The notes: generated from the letters alone by a model not told the origin. A stretch of 64,000 nucleotides of DNA from a virus (IMGVR_UViG_3300043446_003867:1-64000); one strand, 5' to 3'; shown: positions 18,232-28,226, counted from the stretch's first letter. Numbers and translations: made by a program.

Positions 18232-20217
18232 ATGCACGTCACGGGGGTTTCGCTGAAGAACTGGCTGCGGTACGCGGGCGAGCACGACGTCGTGCTCGCC
18301 CCTTCCGTTTACGGGATCGTTGCGCGGCACGCGGGCGATGATCGGCGCTCAAATTGGGCGGGCAAGACGTCGTTCATTGAGGCGATCCGGTTCGCCTTGT
18401 ACGGCGTGCATCGCTTTGCGCGCGAGGATGACTGGATCACGCGTGGCGTAGCGTTCGGACAGGTTGCGGTGACGTTGAGCAACGGGATCGTGATCACGCG
18501 CAGTCGGCGGCGTGGTCAGTCGACGCAGCTTGAATTGTCGAAGGACGGACAGGTGCTGGCGCGGCAGGACGGGGCGCAGAGCGAAATCGATGCGTTGATC
18601 GGGCTCTCGCGGGAGGACTTCGACACGACGTGCTGGATCGGGCAAAAGCAGCTTTCGCGCCTGATTCTCGCTCGCTCGGCGGAGCGCTTCGAGCTTGTGT
18701 CATCCTGGCTAGGGCTTGAAAAGCTACAGAAGGCGGAGGAGTCGGCAAAGGCGGCGTACGCAGCGGATCGCGCCCGTTCGTCGCAGATCGCTTCGACGCA
18801 GAAGATCCTGACGGACCGCTGGTCGCAGATGATTCTCCGCGCGGGGATCCCGAACATGGAGACGGCGACGGCGGAGGAGTTCGGCGCGGCAATCGAGCGG
18901 GAGATCGCGGAGCTGCGCGCCGAGATCGAGCAAACGCGCGGTGACGTGTCGCGGCTGCTCAAGGCGGTTCGGGCGCGGGAGGCGGTCGAAGCGAGCAAGA
19001 AGCACCGGGCGCAGCTCGCCACGGACTTCGCTCGCGTGTCGGAGGAGGGCAAAGAACTCTCGGCGGCGGTAAAGACGGCGGCGACGGAGCCGATCGACGT
19101 GGACGCTGCCGACGAAGCTCTGCGGGAGAAGTCGGCGATCGTGGCGCTTACGGGCGAAGCGCTCAAGTCGGCGCGCTCGCTCGTGCGCGGGGCGTTCGAT
19201 GGGCGGTGTCCGGTCGCGGGGATCTCGTGCCCGGCAAAAGAGCAGATCAACGCCGACGGCCAGAAGAACACGGATCACTACGACAAAGCGAAAGAGGCTT
19301 ACGAGGAGGCGTGGAAAGTAGAAGCGGACGCGCGTGCGAATCTCCGGACCGAGCGATCAAAAGCCGATCGGCTACGGCAGAGCACCGATCGGCTCCGCGA
19401 CTTGCGCGCTCGGGCAAAGGAGCTGAAGGCTCGCCTCGATAGCGAGCCGGAACAGGCCCTAGAAGGCATCGACGCCGCCGAAACGGGCGACGGGGCGCTC
19501 GCGCGCCTGAATGACCTTCTCGCGGCGGCTACGGCCCGAGAAGAGGCGCTGACCGCGGCGCTCAAGCAGGCGAAGGAAACGGACTTCGCTCTGAAGCACG
19601 AAGCCGAGATGGCGGACAAGGCGAACGCGGCTCTACTGGCGTCGCAGGCGGCGGTGCGAATCCTCGGGCGGCAAGGAGCGCAGCGGGTGATCGCGGAGGC
19701 GGCGCTCACGGAGATTGAAGCGGGGGCGAACGATATGCTCAAGGCGGCGGGGATCGATCTCGCGGTCAAGCTGCTGTGGGCTCGCGAAGGGTCGGGGCTC
19801 GCGTCGATGTGTTCCGAGTGCGGAACCGCGTTTCCGACGTCCGCGCGCGTCAAAGCGTGCGGGCGGTGCGGCGCGGAGCGCGGGCAGAAGGTTATTGAAC
19901 GGCTGGACGTTGAGCTAAGCGACCGCAGCGGCGCCGCGGAAGACCTCGCGGGAGCGGCGCTCCAGCTAGCGGCGACGGCGTGGCTTCGCCGAGAACGTGA
20001 TGTGCAGTGGAGCGTGGCGCTGATTGACGAGCCATTTGGCGCACTCGACGAAGCGAATCGGCGAGCGTTTGCGACGCACCTCACGGCGATGCTCCGAGGC
20101 GCTTACGGTTTCGAGCAGGCGTTCATCGTCGCGCACCATCCCGACGTAACCGACGCGCTCCCCGATCGCGTCATAGTCCGAGCGAACCCAACTGGGAGTT
20201 CACTGGAGGTAGCGTGA
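18232..20217 (+). CDS. sbcC: SbcC/Rad50-like ABC ATPase
   Basis: NWAGKTS Walker A, Q-loop, coiled coil with central CPV, RSGA signature, IDEPFGALD, H-loop. Confidence 0.9.
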   Translation: MHVTGVSLKNWLRYAGEHDVVLAPSVYGIVARHAGDDRRSNWAGKTSFIEAIRFALYGVHRFAREDDWITRGVAFGQVAVTLSNGIVITRSRRRGQSTQLELSKDGQVLARQDGAQSEIDALIGLSREDFDTTCWIGQKQLSRLILARSAERFELVSSWLGLEKLQKAEESAKAAYAADRARSSQIASTQKILTDRWSQMILRAGIPNMETATAEEFGAAIEREIAELRAEIEQTRGDVSRLLKAVRAREAVEASKKHRAQLATDFARVSEEGKELSAAVKTAATEPIDVDAADEALREKSAIVALTGEALKSARSLVRGAFDGRCPVAGISCPAKEQINADGQKNTDHYDKAKEAYEEAWKVEADARANLRTERSKADRLRQSTDRLRDLRARAKELKARLDSEPEQALEGIDAAETGDGALARLNDLLAAATAREEALTAALKQAKETDFALKHEAEMADKANAALLASQAAVRILGRQGAQRVIAEAALTEIEAGANDMLKAAGIDLAVKLLWAREGSGLASMCSECGTAFPTSARVKACGRCGAERGQKVIERLDVELSDRSGAAEDLAGAALQLAATAWLRRERDVQWSVALIDEPFGALDEANRRAFATHLTAMLRGAYGFEQAFIVAHHPDVTDALPDRVIVRANPTGSSLEVA

Positions 20218-20504
20218 AGAGGCGACTTTTGCTGCCAACGAACGGCACGCGCGAAAGCGAAGAAGCCGCGGAAGCGGTCGCGCCGAAGGCGCCGGCGATG
20301 CGACAAGCGATCGTGCGGCTACTTCGCGAGCGACCGTGGCTTACCTGCGCAGATATCGAAAGCGCGCTCAGGTTGAAGCACCAAACGGTGTCGGCGCGGC
20401 TCTGGGAACTCTCTAACGAGAGACGCGTCACATACGAATCGCGGCGCGGAACGAATGGTCGGCTGGTCCGGCACTACTCTGCTTTGGATAAGGGGGCTCC
20501 GTGA
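20214..20504 (+). CDS. winged-HTH protein
   Basis: LTCADIE...HQTVSARLWEL. Confidence 0.65.
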   Translation: MKRRLLLPTNGTRESEEAAEAVAPKAPAMRQAIVRLLRERPWLTCADIESALRLKHQTVSARLWELSNERRVTYESRRGTNGRLVRHYSALDKGAP

Positions 20505-20731
20505 AATACCGAATCATGTACGCGACGGTGACTGAGATCGAAGTCGATATCGAAACCGACAAGACGCCGGACGAGCTTCGTCGGCTCGATGGCGAGTCGT
20601 GCACTCCGCAGTGGGCGATCCTCGCTCGGGCGCAGATCGGAAGCGGCAAGGCGTCGATGCGCGTCCTGGACAGCTACGTCGACCTGGAGGCGATCCAGGC
20701 GCTCGACGAACCGATGGGTGAGACGTCGTGA
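20501..20731 (+). CDS. hypothetical protein
   Basis: 4-nt overlaps. Confidence 0.55.
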   Translation: MKYRIMYATVTEIEVDIETDKTPDELRRLDGESCTPQWAILARAQIGSGKASMRVLDSYVDLEAIQALDEPMGETS

Positions 20732-21045
20732 AGCCGTGGAAGGCGCAGCCCTGGAAAAGGCCGATCTTCCGGCGATACCGGCTCGGCAACATGCGCTGGG
20801 CGATGATCAACGACGTCGCGGTGAAGATCGCGGAAACGACGATTGAGATGCTGCACGCGGAGCGGACGACCGCGTCGTATAGCGTGCTGGTCGGGAAGAA
20901 GGAAACCGCCGACCGGGACAAGCTCGCGCTGCACGTTCAGATGCACGAGTTCGCGATCCGCGAGCTGAAGGCAAGAATCGCCCTGGATCAACTGATTCGG
21001 GAATACGAGGGGTTGAGCGATGGTGGCGAAGAAGGAACCGTTTGA
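20728..21045 (+). CDS. hypothetical protein
   Basis: 4-nt overlap. Confidence 0.55.
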   Translation: MKPWKAQPWKRPIFRRYRLGNMRWAMINDVAVKIAETTIEMLHAERTTASYSVLVGKKETADRDKLALHVQMHEFAIRELKARIALDQLIREYEGLSDGGEEGTV

Positions 21046-21790
21046 GACGCGCGACGTTTGGCTGACTCGCGGCGAGGGTGACGGATGGATCGGGATTAGC
21101 CCTTTCGTGCATCCGAAGTGTACGAAGTGCGGGACGACGCTTCGGCCCACGCTGACGTTCTCGACCGACAATGGCGTCGTGGACCAGCGGAACTGGTGCG
21201 TCGACTGCACGCGCGTCGCGCTGGTCGACATGGCGGCGCTGGTCTACGAGCGCGACGCGGCGAGGGAAGAGGCGACGCGGCTAACGCGGGAGCGCGACGA
21301 GGCTAAAAACGAACTTGAACATTACTTACGCCCAGCTTCCGTAACGGAAAGCGTTCGTTCGGCGGCGAAGCGCCGAATGGTTCTCGACGGCGCCGACGCG
21401 CAGGCGCTCGAAAACGCAATTACACTCACGGAGCGTGAGCGCGACGAAGCGCGCGCCGAGGTGGAGCGGTTGCGGGAACTGCTCGATGAAAACGCATACG
21501 AGCGTGGACTGCTGGCTCGTCGCATGACCGAAGCGCAGATCCGACGCGATGAACTTGGCGCCGAGGTGGAGCGATTGACGGCAGAAGTTGAGATGCTTCG
21601 CGGTGTAGGCTGTTGCGAGTCTGACAAGCTCAATGAGCCACCCTCCGGCCCGTGCGGCGTGTGCCGCAAATGCGCATATCGCCGAGGATCGGAGGCCATG
21701 CGCGAGGCGTGTGCGCGCGTGGCGGATGCGCACTGCGTTCCTGGCACGCGCGACGTGATCCGCGCTCTACCGATTCCGGGGGATTCATGA
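21020..21790 (+). CDS. Cys-rich coiled-coil hypothetical
   Basis: CxxC pairs and ERDEARAEVERL-type repeats. Confidence 0.6.
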   Translation: MVAKKEPFETRDVWLTRGEGDGWIGISPFVHPKCTKCGTTLRPTLTFSTDNGVVDQRNWCVDCTRVALVDMAALVYERDAAREEATRLTRERDEAKNELEHYLRPASVTESVRSAAKRRMVLDGADAQALENAITLTERERDEARAEVERLRELLDENAYERGLLARRMTEAQIRRDELGAEVERLTAEVEMLRGVGCCESDKLNEPPSGPCGVCRKCAYRRGSEAMREACARVADAHCVPGTRDVIRALPIPGDS

Positions 21791-22002
21791 AACTGACGAG
21801 AACCAAGATGATCGTGCGCCTTCACATCGTGGAGGCGGGAACGAACGAAAAGCGCATCATGACGGCGCAGGTCATGGTGCCGGACGAGTGGCGGCACGAG
21901 ATGCCGAGCCTTCAATGCGTCGGCATCGAATACTTGCAGCCCGAACCGCTGGCGGAAGGCGAGCGGTGGGGACGATCGGGCGATCAGAAGGACGATGTGT
22001 AA
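21787..22002 (+). CDS. hypothetical protein
   Basis: ATGA overlap, SD. Confidence 0.55.
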   Translation: MKLTRTKMIVRLHIVEAGTNEKRIMTAQVMVPDEWRHEMPSLQCVGIEYLQPEPLAEGERWGRSGDQKDDV

Positions 22003-22206
22003 ATGTGGAAGTACAACCCGAACGCGACGAAGCGCCAGCAGGCGTATCGCACGCACTGGTTTGATCGCGACGGCGGACGAAGCATCTGCGGTCGCGTGAT
22101 CAACAGCGAGGACTGGATCGAGGACGTCGCCGGCGGCTACCAGGACTGCGAGCGGTGCCAGCTCCAACTGGAGAAGACTTACGATGGATCGTCCAACCTG
22201 GACTAG
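22003..22206 (+). CDS. small Zn-finger protein
   Basis: H...CG...CERC. Confidence 0.55.
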   Translation: MWKYNPNATKRQQAYRTHWFDRDGGRSICGRVINSEDWIEDVAGGYQDCERCQLQLEKTYDGSSNLD

Positions 22207-22585
22207 CGTGTGGATGCGGATCGCTCGCGTGATCGCGGAGCGAAGCGTTGATCCGAGGCTCAAGGTCGGGTGCGTGATCGTCGATGCGGACAACCGGTCG
22301 ATGCTCGGGCTCGGCTACAACGGCGACGAGATCGGCGGCAAGCACGCGGTCGACAGCCTGGAGCCGGGGCAGAGCGGCTTCGTGCACGCGGAAGTCAACG
22401 CGCTGATCAAGACGCGTGAAACGCAAGGCGCGACGGTCTACGTGACGCACTCGCCTTGCGTCGTGTGCGCTCGGGCGCTGGTCAACGCACGCGTCGCTCG
22501 CGTCATATACGGGGTGGGCTACCGCGACACGCGCGGGATTGAGATCCTGGCGCGCGCGGGCATCACCGTCGAAGAGGCAACGTGA
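22184..22585 (+). CDS. dCMP deaminase family protein
   Basis: VGCVIV, GYNG, HAE and SPCVVC motifs. Confidence 0.92.
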   Translation: MDRPTWTSVWMRIARVIAERSVDPRLKVGCVIVDADNRSMLGLGYNGDEIGGKHAVDSLEPGQSGFVHAEVNALIKTRETQGATVYVTHSPCVVCARALVNARVARVIYGVGYRDTRGIEILARAGITVEEAT

Positions 22586-22743
22586 ACAAGAGTTTTTGGT
22601 ACATGGTTTTTTTGGATTACGGGATGCCGATCTTCGGCGTGTGGCTGCTCAGCGATTACCCGCGCGTGTTGTTCTATCTGGCGATCGTCAACGCAAACTT
22701 GCTTGATCGCCGCTTGCGCGTGGTCGAAGCGAAAACGCGATGA
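22582..22743 (+). CDS. small membrane protein (not in ORF track)
   Basis: GTG start, 53 aa, hydrophobic, 4-nt overlaps on both sides. Confidence 0.5.
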   Translation: MNKSFWYMVFLDYGMPIFGVWLLSDYPRVLFYLAIVNANLLDRRLRVVEAKTR

Positions 22744-22970
22744 GGCAGTTTGCCGTCTACAGCGCAGGGCAGCGCGTCGGGTGGCTTACGCTCCGTTTGC
22801 AGTATTGGAAACCGAAGCGGGCGGGCGTGACGGGCGAGCGATGGATCGCATTCTGCAAGTGTGGACTAACGCACGACGTGTCGCGCGAGTCGCTGCTTAG
22901 CGGGCGGGTGCGCGCTTGTTTGCGTTGCGCGAAGGCGTATCGTGCGCAGGAAGACGAGGGGATCCGATGA
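22740..22970 (+). CDS. small C4 Zn-finger protein
   Basis: GQRVGWLT...CKCG...LLSG...CLRC. Confidence 0.55.
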   Translation: MRQFAVYSAGQRVGWLTLRLQYWKPKRAGVTGERWIAFCKCGLTHDVSRESLLSGRVRACLRCAKAYRAQEDEGIR

Positions 22971-23482
22971 CGAACGGAAGGCAAAAGGGAAGCGTCGGTG
23001 AGCGGGAAGTCGCGCGCCTGATTCAGCAGTGGTGGGCGACCGTCGACGCGAAAGCGAAGTTCGTGCGAACGCCGCTCAGCGGGGGGTGGGGAACGGCGCA
23101 GGTTCGTTCCGACTTCCGCGCGAGCGGCGACTTGATGACGACGTCGTTCAGCTTCCCTTGGTGCGTCGAGATCAAGCGACGCGAGGGCTGGAAGCTCGGC
23201 AACGTGATCGGCGGCGAGAAGTCGCCGGTGTGGGGCTGGTGGGCGCAGACGTGGACGGCGGCGCAGGAAGCCGGCGCGGACCCGATGCTCTGGTTCAGGA
23301 AGAACAACGAACCCTGGTACGTCATGCTGCACGCGCTGGCGGACGGGACGAAACCCGTCGTCAAAAACGTCTCGTACAGCCGCGTCTATCGCCCTGATGG
23401 CGAGCACGTCATCGTGACGCGGGCTGCGGATCTGCTCGGGATCAACGCGGGGCTGTTCTCGACGTCGAAGGGTAAGCCGTGA
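22967..23482 (+). CDS. PD-(D/E)XK Holliday junction resolvase-like nuclease
   Basis: KGSVGEREVA...GDL...VEIK. Confidence 0.8.
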   Translation: MTNGRQKGSVGEREVARLIQQWWATVDAKAKFVRTPLSGGWGTAQVRSDFRASGDLMTTSFSFPWCVEIKRREGWKLGNVIGGEKSPVWGWWAQTWTAAQEAGADPMLWFRKNNEPWYVMLHALADGTKPVVKNVSYSRVYRPDGEHVIVTRAADLLGINAGLFSTSKGKP

Positions 23483-23892
23483 AGGAAGCGCGTGACGAGG
23501 AGGAGAAGGCGGCGGGTACGTATTACGAAGGGCCTGAACCGCCTAGTCGATACGCGCAAAGTGTCGTGTTCTTCGCAGCGACGCATCCGGGGGCAACTGT
23601 GGAGGAGTGGGCGGCGTTTACGTTGACGCTCGCGCAGCGGTGTTATCGAGAGGGCTATACGCGCGGGAAGGAATGGCGCGAACGGGATCTCGATTCGGTC
23701 ATGGCTGCGACGGAAGACGTGGCCGCGCACGACTGGGAATGGAACTCGCCGCAGATCCCGACGAGCGAGGAACTCGCGGCGCGCGTCGAAGGCTCGTTGC
23801 TTGAGGATATGCCCGACGAAGAGGCTCGCGTTCGCTACCTCGACGCGATCGGGCGTCTCACAGGCACATTCCGGGTTGTGGTTTCAAGATAG
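23479..23892 (+). CDS. hypothetical protein
   Basis: GTGA overlap. Confidence 0.55.
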   Translation: MKEARDEEEKAAGTYYEGPEPPSRYAQSVVFFAATHPGATVEEWAAFTLTLAQRCYREGYTRGKEWRERDLDSVMAATEDVAAHDWEWNSPQIPTSEELAARVEGSLLEDMPDEEARVRYLDAIGRLTGTFRVVVSR

Positions 23893-23924
23893 TTTTTGCT
23901 TGGCGGCGCGTCATAGTCGCGCGC

Positions 23925-24503
23925 ATGGAACCATTGACTACCTGGACGTTCGCGATGCTACTGGCCCTGGCGCCGGCATCGCAGCGCATGAAGAAGTACG
24001 AGACGGAGGCGGAGTACACGCGCCGCGTGCAAACGATCGCCGATGACATGGTCGCAGTCATTGAGGCGGCGGAACCCCTTCCGGGCATGACGAAGCAGGA
24101 GACGTTGGCGCTCGTGATGGTGACGGCAAACGCGGAGAGCAGCGGCTTCCGGTACGACATCGACCACGGATTGCCGGGAGGGATTGGCGACCACGGGCAG
24201 AGCTATTGCGTCATGCAGGTGCGTGCGCGGTCCGGCTTCGTTCGCACGCACGATCCGGTTGCGCGGCAGTGGAAGGGTGCGGACCTGATCGCGGACCGGC
24301 GCAAGTGCCTGACAGCGGGGCTCGCGTTGCTCCGCGACTCTATGATGTGGTGCGCGGGGAAGGGCGCGAAGGGCGCGACGTTGATCAGCGCGTACACGGT
24401 CGGGAAGTGCCGACCGGAGCCGGTGGCAACGGCGCGATGGAATCAGGCGCGCTCGCGGCGATTCGTGCCGAGCGCGTCATTGAAGCTGGCGAGGAACCCA
24501 TGA
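23925..24503 (+). CDS. exported lysozyme-like / lytic transglycosylase-like protein
   Basis: hydrophobic N-terminus, AESS motif and SYCVMQV (GLMQ-like). Confidence 0.55.
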   Translation: MEPLTTWTFAMLLALAPASQRMKKYETEAEYTRRVQTIADDMVAVIEAAEPLPGMTKQETLALVMVTANAESSGFRYDIDHGLPGGIGDHGQSYCVMQVRARSGFVRTHDPVARQWKGADLIADRRKCLTAGLALLRDSMMWCAGKGAKGATLISAYTVGKCRPEPVATARWNQARSRRFVPSASLKLARNP

Positions 24504-24790
24504 CTCCAACCGCATTCAACAACGCCATCGTTTCGGTCGTCTCCGCCTACGCGGAGGTGCTCCAGCAGCTTGCCGCGGAGAACGAACTTCTGAGAAAGGC
24601 GGCGAAGCAGGCGATCCCGCCCGACATGATGCTGGTGACAAAGAAGAAGTACGGGAAGCTGCGCGATATGGTTACGACCATCTCGAAGCGGGGCGCGAAC
24701 CGGAAGCAAGACGCGTCCGTCTATCTTGCCGAACTTGAAGTGCTTTACGAGCAGGCGATGGCGCTCGTGCACGAGACGGAGAACCCTTGA
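24500..24790 (+). CDS. hypothetical protein
   Basis: SD GAGG, ATGA overlap. Confidence 0.55.
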   Translation: MTPTAFNNAIVSVVSAYAEVLQQLAAENELLRKAAKQAIPPDMMLVTKKKYGKLRDMVTTISKRGANRKQDASVYLAELEVLYEQAMALVHETENP

Positions 24791-25569
24791 ATTGGTGCGA
24801 AGAGGACGGGCGCTCTGGTTGGCGCGAAACAGGCGCGGTCAGCACGAGTAACTTCGCGGCGTGGGACTTCTGGACCAAGGCGGCGCGGCTCGTGTGCGCG
24901 GTCGAGGGTCGCCATGCGGATTACGTAAGCGCGTTGACCGATGGCGTGCTCGACGTGGGGCCGTTGGCGATCCCGCTCGACGTGCGCGCGGCGACGATGC
25001 GGCATCAGACAGCGGGCGGCGCGTCGATACTTGGCGAGATACCGATACACGCGTGGCGTGAGGCGATGGGGTTGGAGTGTGCGCAGACGAGCGTTGGCTT
25101 TACTCGCGCGCGTGAGGATGGGGGGCCGGTGTTCACAATCGGTGTGACGCCGATCGTAGGCGACGAGTTGCGCCACGTATTCTTGGGCGGCAGCGATGGC
25201 GTGACGTGGACGGAACAGCAGCGAACGTTGAGCGGGCAGTGGGTGGCTGCGATTTCGCGATTGCTGCGGCACGAGGGTGCGCGTGGGAAATTGCTCGTGG
25301 GAATCGGCGACGCGTTGAAACTCCATGTGTTCGGGACGCCTGCGCACATGCGGGTGATGCAGTTGGTCGCGAGCAGGCAGTACCGCGCGGTGGGCGTCTA
25401 CCTTGCGTTGGCAGTCAACGCGGACGCGGCGGCGTTGCGCGTGGCGAACTTTGCGGGCTGGGATGCGGGCCGTATGATGGAAGCGGCGGCGATGGCGGGT
25501 CCGTGGCCGGAGACGTTTGCAGTGCGGATCCCGCGCATTCGCGCGGCACTAGAGCGAGAGGGTTGGTAA
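24787..25569 (+). CDS. hypothetical protein
   Basis: TTGA overlap; TAATG coupling to the next gene. Confidence 0.55.
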   Translation: MNWCEEDGRSGWRETGAVSTSNFAAWDFWTKAARLVCAVEGRHADYVSALTDGVLDVGPLAIPLDVRAATMRHQTAGGASILGEIPIHAWREAMGLECAQTSVGFTRAREDGGPVFTIGVTPIVGDELRHVFLGGSDGVTWTEQQRTLSGQWVAAISRLLRHEGARGKLLVGIGDALKLHVFGTPAHMRVMQLVASRQYRAVGVYLALAVNADAAALRVANFAGWDAGRMMEAAAMAGPWPETFAVRIPRIRAALEREGW

Positions 25570-26141
25570 TGTCGGGGCGGCACAACGGCGGTGGAGAACC
25601 GAACAAGCGCGGCGAGAGTCGCATCGTGACGATGGAACAGCGCAGGGAGCGACTGGACCTGATCGAACAACTGATGGTGCGCGGAGTCGGTGCGACGAAG
25701 ATCGAGAAGGCGTGTGCCGAGAAGTTCGGGATGCCGCGCAGCACGGTGTTGAAGTACATGGAGAGGCTGCGCGAGCAGTGGGCAGAAGAGGAACGCGTTA
25801 CACGCCCGACCAATAAAGCGACGGCGCAGCGGCGGCTCTACCAACACATTCAGAAGGCGCGCGAGGCGGATAACTGGGCGGCGGTTGCGTCGTTGGAGCG
25901 CCTGCTGTCGGATATCCAAGGCACGAAGGAGGCAACGGAGGTGAACGTGAACCTCGAAGCCATGTCGCGAGAAGCGACGCTGCACGTCATCGCGAACATC
26001 ACGCCGGAGATGCGTGAGAAGATCCTGGGTGAGCAGCGGCGGCTTCGAGAGCTGGCGGCGAAGATCGATACGAGCGCGATGATTCCCGTGGTGACGCCGG
26101 AAGAAGTGCTCGCACCGAGCGAATCTTCAGAGGACGAATAA
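25569..26141 (+). CDS. HTH protein, candidate terminase small subunit
   Basis: N-terminal HTH (KFGMPRSTVLKY), helical middle, EVNVNL strand; TerS role is inferred. Confidence 0.45.
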   Translation: MSGRHNGGGEPNKRGESRIVTMEQRRERLDLIEQLMVRGVGATKIEKACAEKFGMPRSTVLKYMERLREQWAEEERVTRPTNKATAQRRLYQHIQKAREADNWAAVASLERLLSDIQGTKEATEVNVNLEAMSREATLHVIANITPEMREKILGEQRRLRELAAKIDTSAMIPVVTPEEVLAPSESSEDE

Positions 26142-26240
26142 AAAACACCGCGCTGGTCGATTTCGACTGGCGCGGTTTTGGGTTTTGGTTTACGTTCTGC
26201 ATGTGGGTTCGACGAGCCCCGAAGGAAAAGGCAGAGAACG
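26140..26240 (+). promoter_or_regulatory. module 1
   Basis: -35 TGGCGC 26168, 17 bp, -10 TACGTT 26191; leader hairpin GGGTTC-GAC-GAGCCC. Confidence 0.8.
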
Positions 26241-26456
26241 ATGGCGAAGAAGAACGAAATCCGAGAAATGAACGGCTTCCAGGTCGGCGAGATCGTTCGC
26301 GGCCCCGTGGTCGGTGTCTTCAAGATCGTCGAATTCGCGGAGATGGCTGGGGAGATGCGGGCGATGCTGCGCCTCGCGGCGATCGTGAATGGCGAGGTGA
26401 TCGTGAGCCGCGCGAAGTCGGCGCTGCTGCCCTCGGAGCTTCGCAAGCTCGCGTGA
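26241..26456 (+). CDS. cassette 1 ORF, 71 aa
   Basis: ATG directly after the module RBS. Confidence 0.75.
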   Translation: MAKKNEIREMNGFQVGEIVRGPVVGVFKIVEFAEMAGEMRAMLRLAAIVNGEVIVSRAKSALLPSELRKLA

Positions 26457-26462
26457 GGCGAT

Positions 26463-26560
26463 AAAAAATCTCAAACTCGCGTCGATTTTTACTGGTGCGG
26501 GTTTGGGTTTCGGTTTATGGTCTGCTCATCGGTCAATGACCGACAACGAGGAGAACGACA
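26463..26560 (+). promoter_or_regulatory. module 2
   Basis: TGGTGC 26493, 17 bp, TATGGT 26516; hairpin TCGGTC-AAT-GACCGA; SD GAGGAG. Confidence 0.8.
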
Positions 26561-26935
26561 ATGGGACGGATGATCAACTTTCAGGAATACCTCGCGATCA
26601 ACCACGTCGCTTCTGGTCCCGTGGTCGTGGACAACAACTACGGCGTACCGTGCCACAAGTGCGGCATCCGTATTAACCGCAGCGCGATCTGGCGGCACCT
26701 TCGCGCGGGCAAGCCCGGCGGGTGCGCGTATGTCTCGCCCGAGGAGGCGCGTGGTTACGTTGCCGGTGTCGCGTGTCAGCCCGCGGACGAGCCGGCGGGC
26801 GACCGGTCGGCGGTGCTCCAGTGGCGCAAGGGCTACAAGCGCGGGAAGGAAGATCGTATGCAGATGCTTCGACTCGGGAAGCGGGAAGCTCTCGTGAGCG
26901 TTTACGCGCGCTGCAAAGCGGCCCTTGGGTGCTGA
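26561..26935 (+). CDS. cassette 2 ORF, Zn-finger-like
   Basis: CHKC...H...C; follows the module. Confidence 0.75.
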   Translation: MGRMINFQEYLAINHVASGPVVVDNNYGVPCHKCGIRINRSAIWRHLRAGKPGGCAYVSPEEARGYVAGVACQPADEPAGDRSAVLQWRKGYKRGKEDRMQMLRLGKREALVSVYARCKAALGC

Positions 26936-26945
26936 TCGCGAAGAA

Positions 26946-27058
26946 CTCCTCTCGGAAAAAAAACGAGAGGGGTTCGATTTTGACTAGCGTGGGTTCGGGT
27001 TTCGGTTTATGATGACTGTGTTGGGTCAATGAGCCCACGAAGAGAGAGGCAGAAGACG
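26946..27058 (+). promoter_or_regulatory. module 3
   Basis: poly-A-loop hairpin; TAGCGT 26985, 17 bp, TATGAT 27008. Confidence 0.8.
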
Positions 27059-27451
27059 ATGAACAACGAACTCAATTCCCGTGCGTTCAACGCGTGGTCA
27101 CTCCTCGCGGAGTTCCACTTCAGCGCGGAACAGGTCCGGATGATCGTGCAGGCGGTGGCGCACTTGTCGTTCGAACAGCAGGTGAAACTGGCGGTGGCGC
27201 TCTACGACATCGGGATGCGTGCGGAGTTCCTTCACGAAGAGGAGCGGTCGCTCGCGAAGCGGGTGGCGTATCTGGCGAGCAAGCAGGGGTCGATCGCGAA
27301 CGACATCGCGGCGATTCAGTCGATCGCGAAGTCGATCGAGGATCTTCGTGCGCGATACAAGGCGGCGAGCGAGAAGTTTCATCAAATGGCGAATTTCGCC
27401 GAGGTGAAACTTGCTCCCGAAATGTTCCCCGCGGACTTCGGTCGGATCTGA
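27059..27451 (+). CDS. cassette 3 ORF, coiled coil
   Basis: ATG after the module. Confidence 0.75.
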   Translation: MNNELNSRAFNAWSLLAEFHFSAEQVRMIVQAVAHLSFEQQVKLAVALYDIGMRAEFLHEEERSLAKRVAYLASKQGSIANDIAAIQSIAKSIEDLRARYKAASEKFHQMANFAEVKLAPEMFPADFGRI

Positions 27452-27462
27452 GCGGGGGCGCC

Positions 27463-27567
27463 ATGTTCATCGCGGATTGCTGCCACGGGTGGATCAATCT
27501 CGGCCTTTGCGCCCTCGCGGCGTACGCGGGCCATCGCTTTCAAATGTTCGTGAACCCGGAGAATTGA
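27463..27567 (+). CDS. 34-aa hydrophobic peptide
   Basis: G-rich SD, fills the gap. Confidence 0.35.
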   Translation: MFIADCCHGWINLGLCALAAYAGHRFQMFVNPEN

Positions 27568-27568
27568 G

Positions 27569-27745
27569 ATGAGAACGACGATGCACAAGGACGGTTCGAT
27601 CACGTATTGGAGCGTCCACCGCCAGCAGTGGGTTCGCCGCTCGCGCGGTGTCGACTTCGCGGATCTCGTCGCGATGCCCGAAAAGCTGCGCCTGCGCGTG
27701 CAGCGTCATATCGCACGACACACCCTCAAGGAGTGCGCGCCGTGA
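27569..27745 (+). CDS. 58-aa hypothetical (not in ORF track)
   Basis: SD GGAG, MRTTMHKDGSITYWSV..., GTGA overlap with the next ORF. Confidence 0.55.
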   Translation: MRTTMHKDGSITYWSVHRQQWVRRSRGVDFADLVAMPEKLRLRVQRHIARHTLKECAP

Positions 27746-27939
27746 GCCTTCGAATCGCGCTTTGGGTCGATCGTGTGAGCGATCCAACCGACCCGGTGTG
27801 GATCGTTTCGCTGGAGGACGACGATAGCAGCGAGACGCTGCGCGTCTGCCCGTTCAATGAGGCGGGCGAGCGTACGGCGCGCAAGGTCGCGAAGCAGGCG
27901 GCGACCCGTCGCGGGATCCCGCTTCAGGTGGAGTCGTGA
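27742..27939 (+). CDS. hypothetical (GTG start)
   Basis: SD AAGGAG, 4-nt overlaps. Confidence 0.6.
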   Translation: MSLRIALWVDRVSDPTDPVWIVSLEDDDSSETLRVCPFNEAGERTARKVAKQAATRRGIPLQVES

Positions 27940-28226
27940 AGGCGTTCCGGCTCTCGCAGGCGGTCGTCGATCACATTGCCGAAGACTTCGATCCGGCTGA
28001 CGACGTGGTCGGCGACGAGGAGTACCTGCAACGTGCGCGGGTGCTTCGCGCGCTCATCGCGGGCGAAGCGGTGGAGCGGGCATCCGCGGTTCGCGCGCTC
28101 CACGAAGCGGCGAACGCGTGCGACGATCGGCTCGTCGAAGGGAAGCTCGACGGGTACGAGCGGCAGCACCAAGCGCGAATGCGCGATGCTCTCACTGCGG
28201 CGGCGTATCGGTACGCGGCGCGGTAA
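27936..28226 (+). CDS. hypothetical protein
   Basis: SD GGAG, GTGA overlap. Confidence 0.6.
   Translation: MKAFRLSQAVVDHIAEDFDPADDVVGDEEYLQRARVLRALIAGEAVERASAVRALHEAANACDDRLVEGKLDGYERQHQARMRDALTAAAYRYAAR

Noticed and set aside
21247-21600. ERDEARAEVERL-type repeats
   Set aside because: Common coiled-coil repeat in phage hypothetical proteins.
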